DNA of 64,000 bases. Origin: Phoronis australis (lineage: Eukaryota > Animalia > Phoronida). The notes beneath the pieces were generated by a model. The model was not told the origin of the DNA. It did not search any database and was given only the letters and a program-made list of their open reading frames with translations. The position numbers were made by a program, and so were the translations under genes. How positions within the stretch are numbered: the first letter of the stretch is position 1; every line of letters starts with the position of its first letter. Location: positions 1 through 64,000 of the forward strand of contig NMRA01000210.1 in NCBI GenBank assembly GCA_002633005.1. The letters are read 5' to 3'. Positions 15,713 through 30,504 of the stretch are shown here, one piece after another.

Positions 15713-18700
15713 ATGAAGAAAGCTAATGGTGCCCATAGGAAGACCACTGGCTGTGTACCAGGGGAAATTCTGTCATGGGACGAAGTCCTACCTGTTCCTA
15801 AGTTATCCCTCAAGTTGTCATTTGTCGTCGTCGTTGCTTGTGCTGTTTTGTGCTTCATCGCCAGTCACGATGGAGACTTTGTTTTTGATGATGCCGAGGC
15901 CGTTGTAAACAATAAAGATGTTCTACCAGAGTCACCAATCTCAGATCTGTTCAAGCACGATTTCTGGGGAAACAAGCTGGCTTCCAACACCAGTCACAAG
16001 TCATTTAGACCACTGACTGTACTAACATTTAGGTAAGATGAAATGTTATGTTATCCATCTCTAGACATTGGAAGGTCTTTCAGAGCCCTCGAACACTCAA
16101 TTTCGGGCCCATTACCCCTGAAAAATATTGAAAAATTACGCGACATTCCCATCACGAGGCCTATAATTTCCCCTCAGTGATTGAAAAATTCCCCTCGAGG
16201 TTCGAATCACTTGTAACGCACACAGGTGACAATTTGAATGAGTACTAGATGTTAGTTTTGACTACTTGAAGCAGAGCTATGAGAGCTTGCAACACGGGTG
16301 GAGGTGCTATTGATGGTGATTGGGGGTAGACTGATTTTTCCCTCACACCAAAAATTCCCCTCTCACCTCGCACCGGCCTCATGATCGAGGGCACTGTCTT
16401 TAGTCTTTGTCTCAAAGCTGTGCTGACTTACTTGCATGTATAATAACATTCCAGTTGATAAGCATGACAGATTTCAGAATAAACTAGACAGGCTTTGACT
16501 GAATTCTATCAGACTCTTCCTGATGTAGACAGACTTCTTGTCAAAATTATGTGGCAATTTAGTCAAGCATTTTGCTGAGTTCTATGTTATGTTATTGGTG
16601 CTAATTTTTATTATTTTTGGTAGAAGTGCATGGAGATTTTGTTAAGAAGATGCTGGTCCAGGAATTGAAATGTGTTCTAGTCAAACAGAGTTTATTCCCG
16701 GTTTTGTGGGTCAAAAAGTTTTCAAATTTCCACACTTTTCAGTATGAATACTACAAAATAAATGTATTGTCAATAACAAATTCATAGTCACGTTTTTTTA
16801 GTCAAAATTTGCTTTGAATGTGGACACAGCACAGTTTATTTTGAAAACTGGAACAGTTTTCTGTGTGGCAAGTTTATCATATTTTGAGTTACAGGAATTC
16901 AAACCATGCAGATGTGGTTTGTACTTTGACTTATACTTTAGTGCTTATGAGGCCATATTGAAGCCTGCTGTCACTACTGTGGTGGTCTAGCATCACAGTA
17001 GAAGTTGGCAATTGGAAAAGGAAATCCTACAACCAAGCCACACTAACCTTATCTCTTGTGTAACATGCTTTCCTTATTACAGGTTGAACTACTTGTTGGC
17101 TGGTGGCTTGCATCCTCGGTTGTTTCATGTCACCAACATCCTGCTTCACGGCCTATCCTCTGCTCTGGTTCTGATTGTATGCTCAATCATTCTGTCCAAC
17201 AGTGTCTGCCACACAGCACCAAGAGCAACGTTAGTTTGTAGTCTGCTGTTCTCAACGCACCCTATCCATACTGAGAGTGTAAGTTTGAATATTGAGACTG
17301 TTTTGTTTGAAGTTTCTGAATCATACATTTTTGTTTTCACATGCATTTTGATTACAAGCCTTCACACGAAAATTCTGCATTGAAGCTCAATGTTTTGGAT
17401 TCACAATATAAATTCTGTATTTTATGGTGTATAATAGTGTTAGACCATCATTGTTTAAACATTAGCAATATAAATCTGGCTTGTGACAGTTGTCAAATGT
17501 CCGTAATTTGTCGGTCAATTGCATTCACTCATTGCACATTGATCCATGCATGACTGTGTTAAATAACTTTAATTCGTTTAACCTGTTTTCCATTAAGTAT
17601 TCATTGCGCGAGTCTACAATTCATGAAAAACTATGTTGCGTTTAAAGTTCTGTTGTATTACTGATTTACTAGCAAGTGTTTTGTTCTCACTAGGTGGCAG
17701 GTGTTGTGGGGAGAGCTGATCTCCTGTGTGCTGTGTGTTTCTTGCTGTCATTTCTCTGTTACATAAAGGCTTTAAATACAGGTGTGTACATTGTACATGT
17801 TAAGTGGTTTTCAAAATAAAGTGGACCCTGTCTCAATTCAAGGAAGTTTTGATGCAAGGACAACATCCATTTCTTTTCGACTAAAACCTTAGTTTGTAAA
17901 TAACTTCATCAGGATGCTATGTACATATCATGGTCAGTTTTTTTCTGGTAGCCATCTATTAATAGAAAAATGACAATTCTAGAAATTTCCGATGGTAGCC
18001 AGTCATCAGCCATCAGAAATTTCTAGAGGCAATTCTCGTTTTTCTATTGGATGGCTCGTTACAAACTGACCACGCTATTGACTATAGATTCAACATGTTT
18101 CTATTTTGCATAAATCTTAATGTAATCAGGACCCGTGCTACCTGATGCTCTTTGTCGAAATAGCAACAACTTCATTTTGCATGTCCATTAACAGCTAAGT
18201 ACTATAACGTCACATTAAAACTCTGACTGAAGCTTGGGAAAAATGCTGGTATTTTACTGCAGCAACAAAACTGAAGAAATGGCCAAATAATTATGGCATA
18301 TGTGAGTTTGACAGAAAGTTCTTTTAAATGTATTGCCATCTAGTTTAACAAACCTATAACTTTTGAAACACCATCTATTGCTGTTTTGATTCAAGTTGAA
18401 CTTTACCTGTTTTTCAGTTTTTTAATAATTAGTTACTTAAAGAAATGTAACAGTTATAGCTGCTGACTACATTATTTGTTTGTAATAGTTGGTCTGGCTT
18501 CTGGTTGGTACTTTAGGAGCAATACATTAATTTTTCTTTCGACACTTGTAACCTTTACAGAAAAATACCCCATGGTTCTCAAAGTAGTTTGAAATTCAAA
18601 GATAAAGAATTATAATTGTTTCAATTAACGATTTGTAGCACATGTTGGCCATTATATTTTTCAGACACGGACTGTCATGGCCGACCGATCACATTTTCCA

Positions 18701-21700
18701 AAGTATATCTGGTATTGTCTTTATCATTGTGTGCTGTGTCCGTCTTCTGTAAAGAACAAGGGATCACTATCATAGTGAGTCACTCAAAAGATGACCATTT
18801 GCAAAAGCATAGTAACTGTTGCTCTTTGCCATGCTTCTATACGTTGGCAGAACCATGTAGTAAGACACTAAATTAAAAACATCATATCTTCCTTCACTGG
18901 CATGAATGACTGGCTGAACTTGATTCATTCCACCGGTTCGGCTGGCTGCTCCGGTTGGCTAAGACATCTGCTTGGTTTGTAATCTGAAAGTCGTCATTGA
19001 GGAACAAACAGGTGCTGAAGTGGCAGAGTGAATCTGAACGAGGGGAGTGATTCAGGTGTAGCCAGTGACCAATGGATCGCATGTTATGCCTCAAGTGCGT
19101 CTGACTCAATTGATTTCTCACTCTGCCATCCCATGAGTGTTGTTTGCCTTGTGTTCTCAACCATGTGATTCGCTTATTTTTTATGTTTGGAGTTTCTCTT
19201 TGTGACCTCCTTGAAAAATGAGGAAGTCTCTTGGCTTATATTGAAATGCTTGTCACCATGAAATTGTTCTGTCATTTATTTTTGTTACTGTGAATTTTAT
19301 TATTATATCTCCATTTATGACCCTTATTGTATTGTAATAGTTACTATTTGTGTTTATTTATAAGGGCTTTCAGAATTTTCAAGAAGTACCTAACTAGCCA
19401 GAAATGCTGAATCATGCTGTACCAATTTAAAATTTTGCAGTCTGTTTTTTAGTTGTTTGATTGTGTTGGCTGTATGGTTTCTATCAAGCTTTTTATCATC
19501 TTTGTTTTGGCAGGGTATATGTTGTGTTTATGACTTTGTTGTCCGGTGTAAAGTGAACCCAGCAAAGCTGATCAGTTCTTGGAGTAATGGATACCCAGTT
19601 GGAAGTAATGGTACCAAGAACTCTCAGGTGTGGCCTAATAATACGATGTATTCAGTTCGTCATTAAACAATTAGTCATGATCGACTGTGTCTTGATAAAT
19701 GAAGCTATTAAATGTTACGAGTACTTATCAGTGTCATTCAGTCACAGAATTTTTTGGTCTGGACCACACTTTCAGCTGTTTTTCTTGTTTCATTAGTTAT
19801 GTGTTGTGGAAAATTATTAAGATTTGAAATTTATTTCCGTGAGTCTTGTAAGATTATTTCGCAATTATCGTTTATTTGACATGTACCGAATTCTGTTGTG
19901 GGTTAGAGTACAGCTTTGATTAATTAAGTGACGTGGACTTTCCACTCAATGTAGGTTCAAAGTTTTCTTTCTGCCTTTAAGATCTGTTTAATATCTTAAC
20001 AGTCAAGTGTTGAAAATATACTCTGTGGTCATATAATTGTGCTTTTACATTATTTGTCTTCTTTAGCCAGCTGATCATCATTCCTGGTTTACTTCGCTGT
20101 TGTTGCGCCACCTGTTGTTGACCATAACAGGCTTGGCCTTGCTGTCAGTCAGATGGTGGGTGATGGGGTCGTCTCCGCCTACTTTTCAAGTGGTTGATAA
20201 CCCCCACTCATTTGTTAACAGCTCTTTTTTACGGGTAATCTCCTGTGCTATGTCTCATTTTCATTGAATGATTTATGTTCTATAAAAATTGTACACAGTT
20301 AATTGAAAATGTTTAAATGAGTTGTTCAAGTTCTGTAGTTTGCTTGTGAACGAAAGATAATTCACAAAATTAATGTTTTTAGTTCCTATATAATTTCTTC
20401 CTTTCTATTATCTATTAGTAATATGTGTCAAGTCTTTGAAATAAAAAAGATTACTAAGGTTGTTAGTTTTTATCAGCTAGTTTTTGAGCAAGGCTTTTAA
20501 AGAATTGTCTCGTAAATATGCCATTTTGTTTGTTCATTAAAAGCAAAGTTCCATAACACTAGTTTCCGATGTTTCCACAGATCATCAACTACCATTACCT
20601 ATACTCCATCAACAGTTGGCTCCTTGTGAACCCCTGGTGGCTGTGTTTTGATTGGTCCATGGGCTGTGTTCCTGTCATTCAGTCTTATCTCGATCCACGT
20701 GTTATGGCTGCTGTGGCTTTTTGGTTTGTCATGGGCAGCGTTATCTACATGGCAATTAAAAGTTTAGATTGTCATCTGGGCAGGTATTTTGATACTTTAT
20801 TGTACTGTTTTTAAATTTTCACACACCCCCACGGACAGTAGGTGGATGCATGTTGCCACCAGCTCTGTGTGGGCATCCGGCCTTCATGATTTTGCCTCTC
20901 CATGACCCAACTCCATGCGTTTACCGCTGATGTGAAATTTGGAAAGTAACATGTTTCTGTTATGGAGAGCTTGGCATGCACGAGTTTTGAGCTGACCTGG
21001 CCACTGTTGTGCGCCTAGCAGTACTTTAAGTTGTCATTGCATCTGCCAATTTTACTAGAATGTTTCCATCACAGCGGTGACGGTGCATGCCCTCTTTTGG
21101 ACAGTTCCAACCTGTGTTTGTGTTTTGTTTTTTAATTGTGATGCCTGTTTTTAGTCTCCAGCTCTCAGTTTGTGGAATTATGGGATTGTTGTGAAATTTG
21201 CAAACTAAAGGACTGGTATATATTTTAGGATTGCTTCACTATAGGATAATGATTGTTTTTCAGACAGTTTTGATTACAGTTGTAACCCCTATTGGTCATT
21301 TCAAGATCTGTGCTGTTTATGATGCTCACGGTCAAGGCATATCAATGTGTAGCAAGTTATCTTAGTTTGCTTTTTGGAAAAAATGTTTAATTTCAGTTGA
21401 AGATAGAAATAAAACCAACTCTATCAATTCTTCACTTATTTAGCGCGTAATATGATCAAGTGACATTTTGATTATTTTATCAAACTTTCTCAGCAGAAAT
21501 AAAGATTAAAAAATTGTAGTCGATCACTAGCATAGGTTGTACGGTGTAGATATCGTAAAACAAAATTTAATAAAATTTAATTTTCCCGTTACTTGTACCG
21601 AAGGCAATCTGCCTTTGAAAAATGGTGTGACAATGTCAATTTTGTATGAAATAAGGAGAGAATTATGCAATTCCTTTTTGCTGCTTTATCTGCCTGATAT

Positions 21701-24700
21701 CTATTACTAACTCCTCAATTCTTAATAATTACTTGCAGAGTTCTCGCCTTGTCTGTAGCTCTGGTCATCATCCCATTTCTTCCTGGTGCTAATCTCTTCT
21801 TCCGTGTTGGATTCGTCATTGCCGAGCGAGTCCTCTACTTGTCCAGTATTGGCTACTGTCTGTTGGTCACTCTAGGTGTGGCTCAGCTGTGTAGGATATC
21901 TTGGTGCAGAAATGTAAGTACTTGATTCATATCACATAATTTTCTGAGTCAAATAACATATTGTGGTAAAGTCTCACCAATTTTGTAGAAAAAGCAGTTG
22001 CAAGAATTGCTCTTTCTTCATTTTTTAAGGCTTGGAATTTTCTTCTTTTGTTAGAAGATTTCCTCTTTTTTGGTTTCGAATTCCTCTTATTTGATTTCCA
22101 GTTTCCTCTTTTATCATGTCTTTTTATTATTATTTCGACTGTATTATATGCAAAAACATTTATTTCAGTTAAATTTTACAACACAAAAATTATTTCTCTC
22201 GCACAAGCCTAATCTATTTGTGGATTGACACATCACCTGGAAAATTGTCCTCTTATTTGTCTTGGGTCATTCCAAGCCCTGTTTAACATTGTTGTGATTA
22301 CCTAATATTTTTGTTCAAAATCATTATCTCATGAAAGCTTTTCATTTGGTGGTGCATATCATTTAGAAAAAATGAGAGTATAATTATATTTCACTTGTTC
22401 AATATTGTTTCTTAAATTGGAGAGATTTTATCATTGTGCCTGTATTAAGCCCATTGAATACTGAAATACCTTGTTCTTATCAATTGGAATGGGTGGAACT
22501 AAGTTCACTTTAATACTTAAGTGGTAGTAAATTTGCAGAATGCAGGTGTGCAGGAGTTGGATCATAGCTTTAATGGGTCAAAGTTCTGGGGTACATGTTT
22601 TCAAATTTAACCTCTCGATGCTGCAATTTACTCAGATTTGGTCTTGTGTGGATAAAATGTGAGTTTGGTTGTCAATGAACGAAATGTAGGCTGGCCTTTC
22701 ACACGAATGTCCCAAAAAGTGGAATTTTGGAAAATAGATCTAGAAAAGCTTCAGTTGCTTATGAAAGCTCAAGTTCATAAAATAGGTGAAGTGATTACTA
22801 TACATAGTGAACAATAATTATTGTTTTCCAGGTTGTCAGAGTGTCTCTTTACTTCGTGTTGACAGTGTTTATTGTGAGGTCCATTGTGGTAAGTTGGTCT
22901 TAGGCATTTAGTATGTTCCTCTTACATCCCTTCTCAGAAACTAACTTCTTAACTTTCACCACTAGGTGCTATGAAATTAATCTCACCGTTGTTCCAGTCT
23001 CGGATGAAAAGTGAGATTTTGACGATTGGCAATTGAAATGACACGCCGTGACGAGTCAACTTGTTGGACGTGGTCCCAAGTGATAATGTTTTCTCGTTTT
23101 TTCCTTGTCCGTGAAGTAGAAATATATTGGAGACCAATTTCGTGATGGTGTGTAGTCTAAATCAAAAACTGGTTTCTATGACCGAAGGCAGGTTTATCGT
23201 GGCTTTAATAGAATTTCACTGGCAAGTCAGTCACAGGTTGGGAATTAAATTCTTAAACACATGCTCACCAGTTGCTGATTTGCTTGACTTATGTCTTCTT
23301 TTCTGTTACAAAATTGTTTTAGATATCAGTTTTTGCTAAAGAATTAATTAGAAACTAGGTAACAACAAAATTCTGTTGTTAAAAGTATTTAATGTTTGGA
23401 TATTTCCGATTTTCATTGTGAACTGACTGTTTAATCAAGCGCAACACTGAACAGATGTTTACCAAGTGAATATATTTGTCGTGTAATATTTCAGCAGAAT
23501 GTTTAAAAATGAGGCAAGTTTCCTTTTGTTATGTCAAACACCGTGCTGAAGATCGCCTCTAGCTCTCAATGTGTTGTTCTTGGAAGGATGGACAGCTTAA
23601 TATGTATCCAAACTCATGAAAGTCTTAAGATGCACTGGAGTGTGTTTTGTATTTCTATGCTTAACAAGTGCTTCATATAAGACAATATAGAGTTATAACG
23701 AAGAAGGTCTGCTGCCTGTTTCTTTTGTCTTTAGCCCAATATCAGAAATCTGACCACAAATTGCAGAGTTGGTTTTTTATCTTTTGCGTTTCTCGAAAAT
23801 AATGTTTTGTCTCCTGTCTAGTTGAGCAAACATTCTGTCTTCTGACTTTGAGCTATAAATATATTTTCTGACTTTCAGCTTAGCCAGTTTTATTCGGAAA
23901 CGGGCTTAAGCCATCTGTAGACTTCTTATTAGCGGATAGTCAAGACAAAAGCCAATAGTCTCTTCAAAAAACTGCCCATGATGTTGCTGTTTTTTATTGA
24001 TATTGCAATGATTAGCTGTTTTATGTTTTCGTCTACAGCGTAGTCGAGAATGGAGGACAGAGTTGAGTCTTTTCACATCTGGTGCAAGAGTGTGCCCGGG
24101 TAATGCTAAGGTAAGGAAAGCACAGTTTCAGGTCTCTACCCCGATGTATTCTATGACTCATTTGTGTTCACCGACTTTTTGCCAGAACTATTCGGGAATT
24201 TTTCACAATGTCAGGACGTTTTTATCAAACTTAAGCCTAGAGTTGATGTTTTCGTGGCTAACCGCTAGTTGTTTATTTGTCGCATCTTCAACAAATTATG
24301 TGGAGTCACCCACACCTGTTGAAACTTTGTAAAAAATTTGCTGGAGTTAACCATGCTCTAGTCGAAAGTAAATGAGTGATTTGGCGAATTTTGATGCTGT
24401 CTAGTTTTAATTTGAAACCCACTGTACACTGCGCTTGTCCTAGGTGCATTACAACATAGCCAAGATAAGTGCGGATATGGGTGACACTGAAAAGGCTGTT
24501 GAGTTGTACAGACTTGCTATCCGACTCAACCCGGACTATGATCAGGCCATGAACAACTTGGCCAACATATTGAAGGAACAAGACAACTTGTTGGAAGCAG
24601 AACAACTACTTGAGAGAGCTGTTCAGATTAGGTAAGCCTTGCGCACTGCTTTTGTTTTTAAAGCTGTCAAAAATCTTGATTCAGGCCTCTTAGTGGTGGT

Positions 24701-27700
24701 ACAATTGCTCTCAGAATGTCTCTTACACTGAATTGGAGAGACTTCTCATGAAATTTTATGCAATTTGAACACTTGGAACTTGGAAAAGCCTCCCTTAGCA
24801 TGAATTGTGTAATTTCACTGAAGGTCTCTAGGTTTGTTGAAGATTTGGGGAAGACTTGAACAAAGTCAGAAGAAAAATAAACTGCCTGACTATTGAGTGC
24901 GTTTGGTTTGAAATTTTGTTTATAATGTGCTCATTTACTGTCGATAGAAAAATTTATAGGTAAGCATAAAACAATTGACGTTAATGTATGACCCTAAAAA
25001 ATGTCCAAATGTGGCTAAGTTTGGAACACCACATCTCAGAAACGGCTGGTTGGATACATGAGAAACTTTCAGGTGCTAGGATTTATGAGTTGTTCTCCAA
25101 AACGCTGCTAGGAATTTAGCGGACTTTTGTGATTTTTGTGAAAAACTTTAAAGTTGCTTAAAACAAATTAACGTAATCATGTTTTATAAATTTAAATTAC
25201 TATCACTCTTTTGTTAGAGCATTCAATTGTGAATCATTGTTAGTCAAGTACATACTCACCAACTTAGAACGTTAAGTGCAGAAAGTTGAAATTTTACTTT
25301 TTCACTGTCCATATTTTTTATGTAGCACCAAATTAATGCAACAACAGAGTCAAGTTTGAAATTTGTGGACATTCGCAACAAAAGCACTTGGCAAAATAAA
25401 GACGATCAATTTTGGCAATTATTTTTGTTCTAAACAAAGTTGAAGTGCTAAAGAACACTATGCAGATGAGTCCAACAAGAGTTTTTGATTTCACCGTAAT
25501 ATATTTTTCTAGTAAAATAGAAAATCAGTCCTGTTTGAGATGAATCACCCTTTGTCCTTTGTAGCCCAGTGTTTGCTGCCGCGTGGATGAACCTTGGTAT
25601 AGTGCAGTCAGGTCTTAAAAAGACTGATTTAGCAGAACAAAGTTACCGTATGGCCATCACACACAGGAACAACTATCCTGATAGTTACTATAACTTGGGA
25701 AATTTAGTAAGTACAGGCTGGCTTAAACCGTCTTTTGTTGCGGTAAAATAAAGTCATGTTTTTGTCTCTGTCATAGTTTTCTTTGTGTGAGTAAGTATCA
25801 ATATTGATGACACTTGTTTTGAAGTTTGCATAGTTTGCCTTGGAACGATGCTCATTTTTCCATGTGACTACACGACTGTGTGTTTTATTCAGAACAAATA
25901 TAAAACTGTGCCCATAACGATCTATTGACTAAATTTTAGTGCATCTTCACTCAATAATCTTGAAACATAATACAGTAACAGCACTGTTGGACAGTAATAG
26001 TTATATACAGGATAGTGATGACTTTCACATCACTTGAGAAGCTCGAGCTCAAGTCTTGTGTTGGCTCGTAGACTGTGAACATCGCTCTTATTGTTTCTCG
26101 TCTCCTTGTGTTCATGTTCTCAACCTAAGTGCATGACGAGGGAATGTGCCGAGTACCTTCATGGGAAGCATTGCGCATCACTGATTAGGTTATTATGAAA
26201 TTAATGTTGTTGAAAATGTTTTCAAAACCCTGTTCTATATTATTCCTGCTCAGTTGGATGCACTGAGTCTACATTTCACCTTGTATAAAAGGAAACGAAA
26301 AAGAAAAATTGAGCCTTTTACTCTCATAAAACCGCTTCCTCAATTATCCGTCTGTTGACAGGATTCTATTTCCCTTACCAACAAGAACAATCATGAAAAC
26401 CATTTTCGATTCATGAAAACCCTAGTCTAAACTTCTAACTAAAAAGTGATGCAAGTACACAAAAATTGCCTGTGAACTGGTACTAACAAAAATGGATTCC
26501 TATTAAGGTAAGGGAAATTGCGAGTCATACTGATTTTATGAGAGTAGAAGGTTTACTAGTATGAGTAATAATTTTGTTTTTTTTATCTGGCTCAGCTTTA
26601 ATAACACGATAAAATCAAATACAGCTCTAATAATTGATTTTATTTCCATTGCAGTATCTGAGCCTCAATCGGAATGACGCTGCTCTGAATGCCTGGATGA
26701 AGGCAACCCAGCTGAAGCCTACTCACCATCTCTCTTGGAATAATATGTTGATTCTGTTGGACACCTTAGGTAATTCAACAGGAAGTTATTAACTACAAAA
26801 CCGCGTCTTGGCTGCACCGTCGAACACAGATGTGTCTAAGACGGTGCTTGTTGCTCTGAAACAGCTTGCTGATCCAATTAGTGCCAGTGATGATCTGGAG
26901 AGAAGTAGAGTCTCATGTGATTATATACTACATAACTCACCCCCCTCCACTTTACAGCTAACCTCATGCTGTGAAATGTCCCACACATTTAGTCACACAA
27001 TTCCGTGCATGGAGTTCATTAATTTGATCGCCATGATCATGCGCCCGAAAGGACCTTACAGGATTGGAAAATGTGTGACCTTCAAGTAAAATGCATGACC
27101 TTCAAGTAAAACACGTGGCCTTCAAGTAAAATGCATGACCTTCAAGTAAAACATGTGACCTTCAAGTAAAATGTGTGACCTTCAAGTAAAATGATGTGTG
27201 ACCTTGACATTCAAGTAAAATGTGGAGACCAGAATTAGCAGAAAACAAAGATTGTGATGCATGATTTCAAAATTTGACTTATCTAGTATAATAAGAAGAG
27301 TTTACAAACAATCTAAGACTTGTGTTGTAAAGTAAAACTTGCTTGAGACAAAAATACATACTAGGTCGAATTTTTACTTAACTGGTACAAACTTGTGCAG
27401 TACTGTTGTTCTAGTGTGTGTACCTGGGCCTTTAATAAGTTGTCGAATTTCACCTTACTTGGATAAAACCTCAGTTCTGCTGAGTCCCACTTGTACAAAT
27501 CTTACTGTATATTGTCCAAATGCAGCGTGGGAAAGGTCAAGTTTGTGGGTACAGTTATTGACTTTCACTAATGTGATAATGACCTCTGGCTCTGCCTTGG
27601 TCATCGTCACATTTTTGAGGTCTGAAAACTGGCATATTGACCTCGGAGAATGTTTTGCGTTTGTAGAGCTGTAAAGCATAAAAGATGCAGCGTTGAGATG

Positions 27701-29450
27701 TCTTTACTGCTTAGTATCTACGTTCTGTTGTTAATGATAGATTTTTATGAAATTAAGCATTAGTTTCTCAGTGTGTGTATGTAGGAAATGACATCACCTG
27801 CCTAGCTTCTGATGGTTCCAACCTATTCTGTGCCACCTGAAGACTAGTTTTCATTAACATTTTACTCTTGAATAAGTAATTGGCAAACGCGTTCCTTTTG
27901 GGGAGAATATGGCCAGCATTAATTTTTAGTTAGGTCTGTCATGGCATCTCTTGGTTACAAGTCGCAAGTTTAATTTTCTTTGTATTTGGCTCAATAGTTA
28001 ATTTTGGTGGATTTTTGTGCAGTTTGTCACATGTGATCCTAGTTACAATTTTCTTTAATTTGTGCATCTGCCTCAATATCTACCATAGTCCGTTATGGAT
28101 CTTTTTGAAATTTGGCATATCTGTTACTGTTTAGGTGAACAGGGCTAGTGTCAATTTTTGGATGGTTTTGACTTCTGAGTCACTCCCTTGTGGCAAATTG
28201 CATTTATTCCTTTGGTGTAGCTAATTACACCTCAGTGTGTCTAATTAGGAGAACACAGCTAAATAGAATTTTTAAAGGGATTCACCTATCATGGAACTAT
28301 TTGAAAGACTAGTTCCTCAGTCTTACCTTTTGCTGTACTCATTGTATGTGAACAGCCTGCTTCGCTCTTGTTAAATGGGTGTTGTTTATTCAGGTTCGAA
28401 CCATTGATATCTTTTTATATTTGAACGCTTGAAATACCGAACTCTCTATAATGGGTTCTTTGTGTAGGTTTGCAAAGTTTCACGGTTGTATCATAAATTA
28501 CAAGCGTAACGGGGGAATTTAACAGTTAACCTGTCTTGAAAACTGTTGCAGGCAATGTGAGTCTTGCCGAGAGCATTGCTACTGAAGCCATTAAACACCT
28601 GCCCAAGGACGCTTCCATTCGCTACAACATAGCGAATTGCTATGGCAAGGCCGGAATGTTTGAAAGGAGTGAAGAGAATTTCCTGGAAGCCATCAGGCTG
28701 GACCCTGGAAATGCTGCTTTCTATTCCAACTTGGGTGAGTCAGAGTATAGCAGTGGATATTACAGCTGATGTGGTAATTCCTATTTTATGTCAAAAACTA
28801 AGCAAACTTAGGATCCAGTCTGTGGCTAGAGCATCTGCACTGTTAGCAGAAGGTCGTGGGTTCGAGTCTTGGTGGGGGGCAGAAAACTTTTTGGACTTAT
28901 GTTCATTAGGTCATTTGATGTGGCCAATAGGTGGCGTGCAGGCCAGACTTAAAATTGTTTGTGATTCACTCTTTTGTTACTAACTGGGCTCATGATTACC
29001 AACCTTTACTCAGACCTTTCTGCGAATTTTGTCATGTCATTTTTTTAAAGATTTAGCTCACCAAATTTGCACAACAGTGAAAAGGCAAATTTTGGAGGTC
29101 CGCCAAATTTGGACATCACAAAACTTTGCAAGATTTGTCCAAGAATGAATTTGTGACTATTGGAATTAAGTTTGAATGTTCAAAAATGATGAGTTTTTGG
29201 CCTCCTTCTGGAAATTATGTCCTTGAAATCAAATAATTTTGGTGAGCACACTTGATGAACTGTAGACAATTATTTTCATTAACTAATTGTTCCTGGTACT
29301 TATCTCTCAACAGGAGTTCTGTACCACCGGTGGGGAAAGTATAAAGAAGCAGAAAGCGCCTACAAAACTTCTCTTAATCTCGATCCCCATTTACAGTCTA
29401 CTCATTCCAACTATGCTTTACTGAAAAAAGCCATGGCAAAGTCAAGGTGA
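15713..29450 (+). CDS. TMTC4: Protein O-mannosyltransferase TMTC4 (transmembrane region plus TPR repeats)
   Basis: 15 phase-consistent GT-AG exons: 15713-16032, 17083-17278, 17694-17781, 18665-18774, 19514-19627, 20067-20234, 20581-20783, 21739-21913, 22832-22888, 24039-24110, 24444-24631, 25565-25706, 26655-26769, 28552-28734 and 29314-29450 (TGA). Motifs: GDFVFDDAEAVVNNKD, HDFWG...SHKSFRPLTVLTFR, HPIHTESVAGVVGRADLL, KEQGIT, WWLCFDWSMGCVP, FFRVGFVIAERVLY, VCPGNAKVHYN, then TPRs. The start Met could alternatively be 15686. Confidence 0.93.
17932..18071. repeat. Palindromic MITE-like hairpin in a TMTC4 intron
   Basis: GGTCAGTTT...AGCCATC...AATAGAAAAA...TCTAGAAATTTCCGATGG is mirrored by CCATCAGAAATTTCTAGA...TTTTCTATT...GATGGCT...AAACTGACC. 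Confidence 0.7.
27069..27223. repeat. 20-bp minisatellite (~7 copies)
   Basis: Unit AAATG(T/C)(G/A)TGACCTTCAAGTA repeated in tandem. Confidence 0.9.
28811..29005 (+). mobile_element. tRNA-derived SINE remnant in the last TMTC4 intron
   Basis: GTGGCTAGAGCATCTGCACTGTTAGCAGAAGGTCGTGGGTTCGAGTC gives D-arm/anticodon-arm-like sequence and a B box. The acceptor stem does not pair. Confidence 0.5.
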
Positions 29451-30504
29451 TAGAACTAAACTGTGGGTGGTTTTCTCACCGATTCACATTGTGTGAGCAT
29501 TACAGAGCTACAGTACAAGACAAAAGAATTCTGACAAAATATCGTTTTCCCATCATGATAGTTAGCCTTAACAGCAAAAAAGTCTGGTAAGAAATATTAG
29601 GGCGGCAAAATTCTAATTGACGTATCACAAGCTCCGCCCCCTTACGAAAAGTCGACAAACAAACAATACATTTTGCATGACAATGTGTTGTTTGTCGGGT
29701 AAAATGGCGGCTTGGAAATGAAGGTGTGTCAAGAATGCTAAGTTCTGATTGGTCAATTAAGCTGTCACTCAAAATCCTGGTGATAGGTCAATTACAAAAT
29801 GGTTTTAGTCACCTTCACATCTTTCCTCTTAATTATCTGTATTCATTCTCAGTCATGAGAGAAGACTACTCTGTCAATGAATCCAGCTTCCACACGGCCA
29901 TTTTGATTGGGAATTTTGGGTCATTTTGTCTGGTACTGTTGGCTTGTACTGTACTGACAGGCTGGCTTCTGACAGGTTAGATACTGATATGCTGTCTTTG
30001 TTGGATTGTGAAACTTGTCTGAAAAGAGCACTGACTCAGTGATGTTGCATGGATAGTATTTGTCATTGTATGTGTTCTGGGCTCTTCTGGCTATCACTCT
30101 ATGAGTGTCCTTGGTTTTGGTATAAATTAACACCGTTGGAGAATTCTGTTGACATGCATTCATGTGCAGTACTGAAACAGTCTTGATACTAGAAGTAAGG
30201 GTTTGTATGTTAGTAATGAATACATATCAGTGTGATACCGTGGCATGAGAAAAATTTGTTGGCAACTTTTTCATGCCACACTGTTCATGGCATGTTTCCC
30301 TTACATTTGTGTTATGGGTAGCTTACAGTTCCAATGGATTAGTAACCTATATTTTAGAGAGTTTATATTTTGTAAAATGTGAGTGATGTTTTTCTCGTTT
30401 CATTTTCTGGCATGATTTCATCCTTTTCATCATATCATGCTCAGCATTATCCTCTCATTAAGCTTAGTCAAGTGCCATAAGATTCTCTAAAGCAATTTTA
30501 TTAT

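Noticed and set aside
17874-17915. Hammerhead ribozyme on the minus strand (CTGATGA...ACTAA-GGTT-TTAGT-CGAAA)
   Set aside because: About 10 unpaired extra nucleotides interrupt stem II, and I could not find stems I and III or a cleavage triplet. At best a dead relic.
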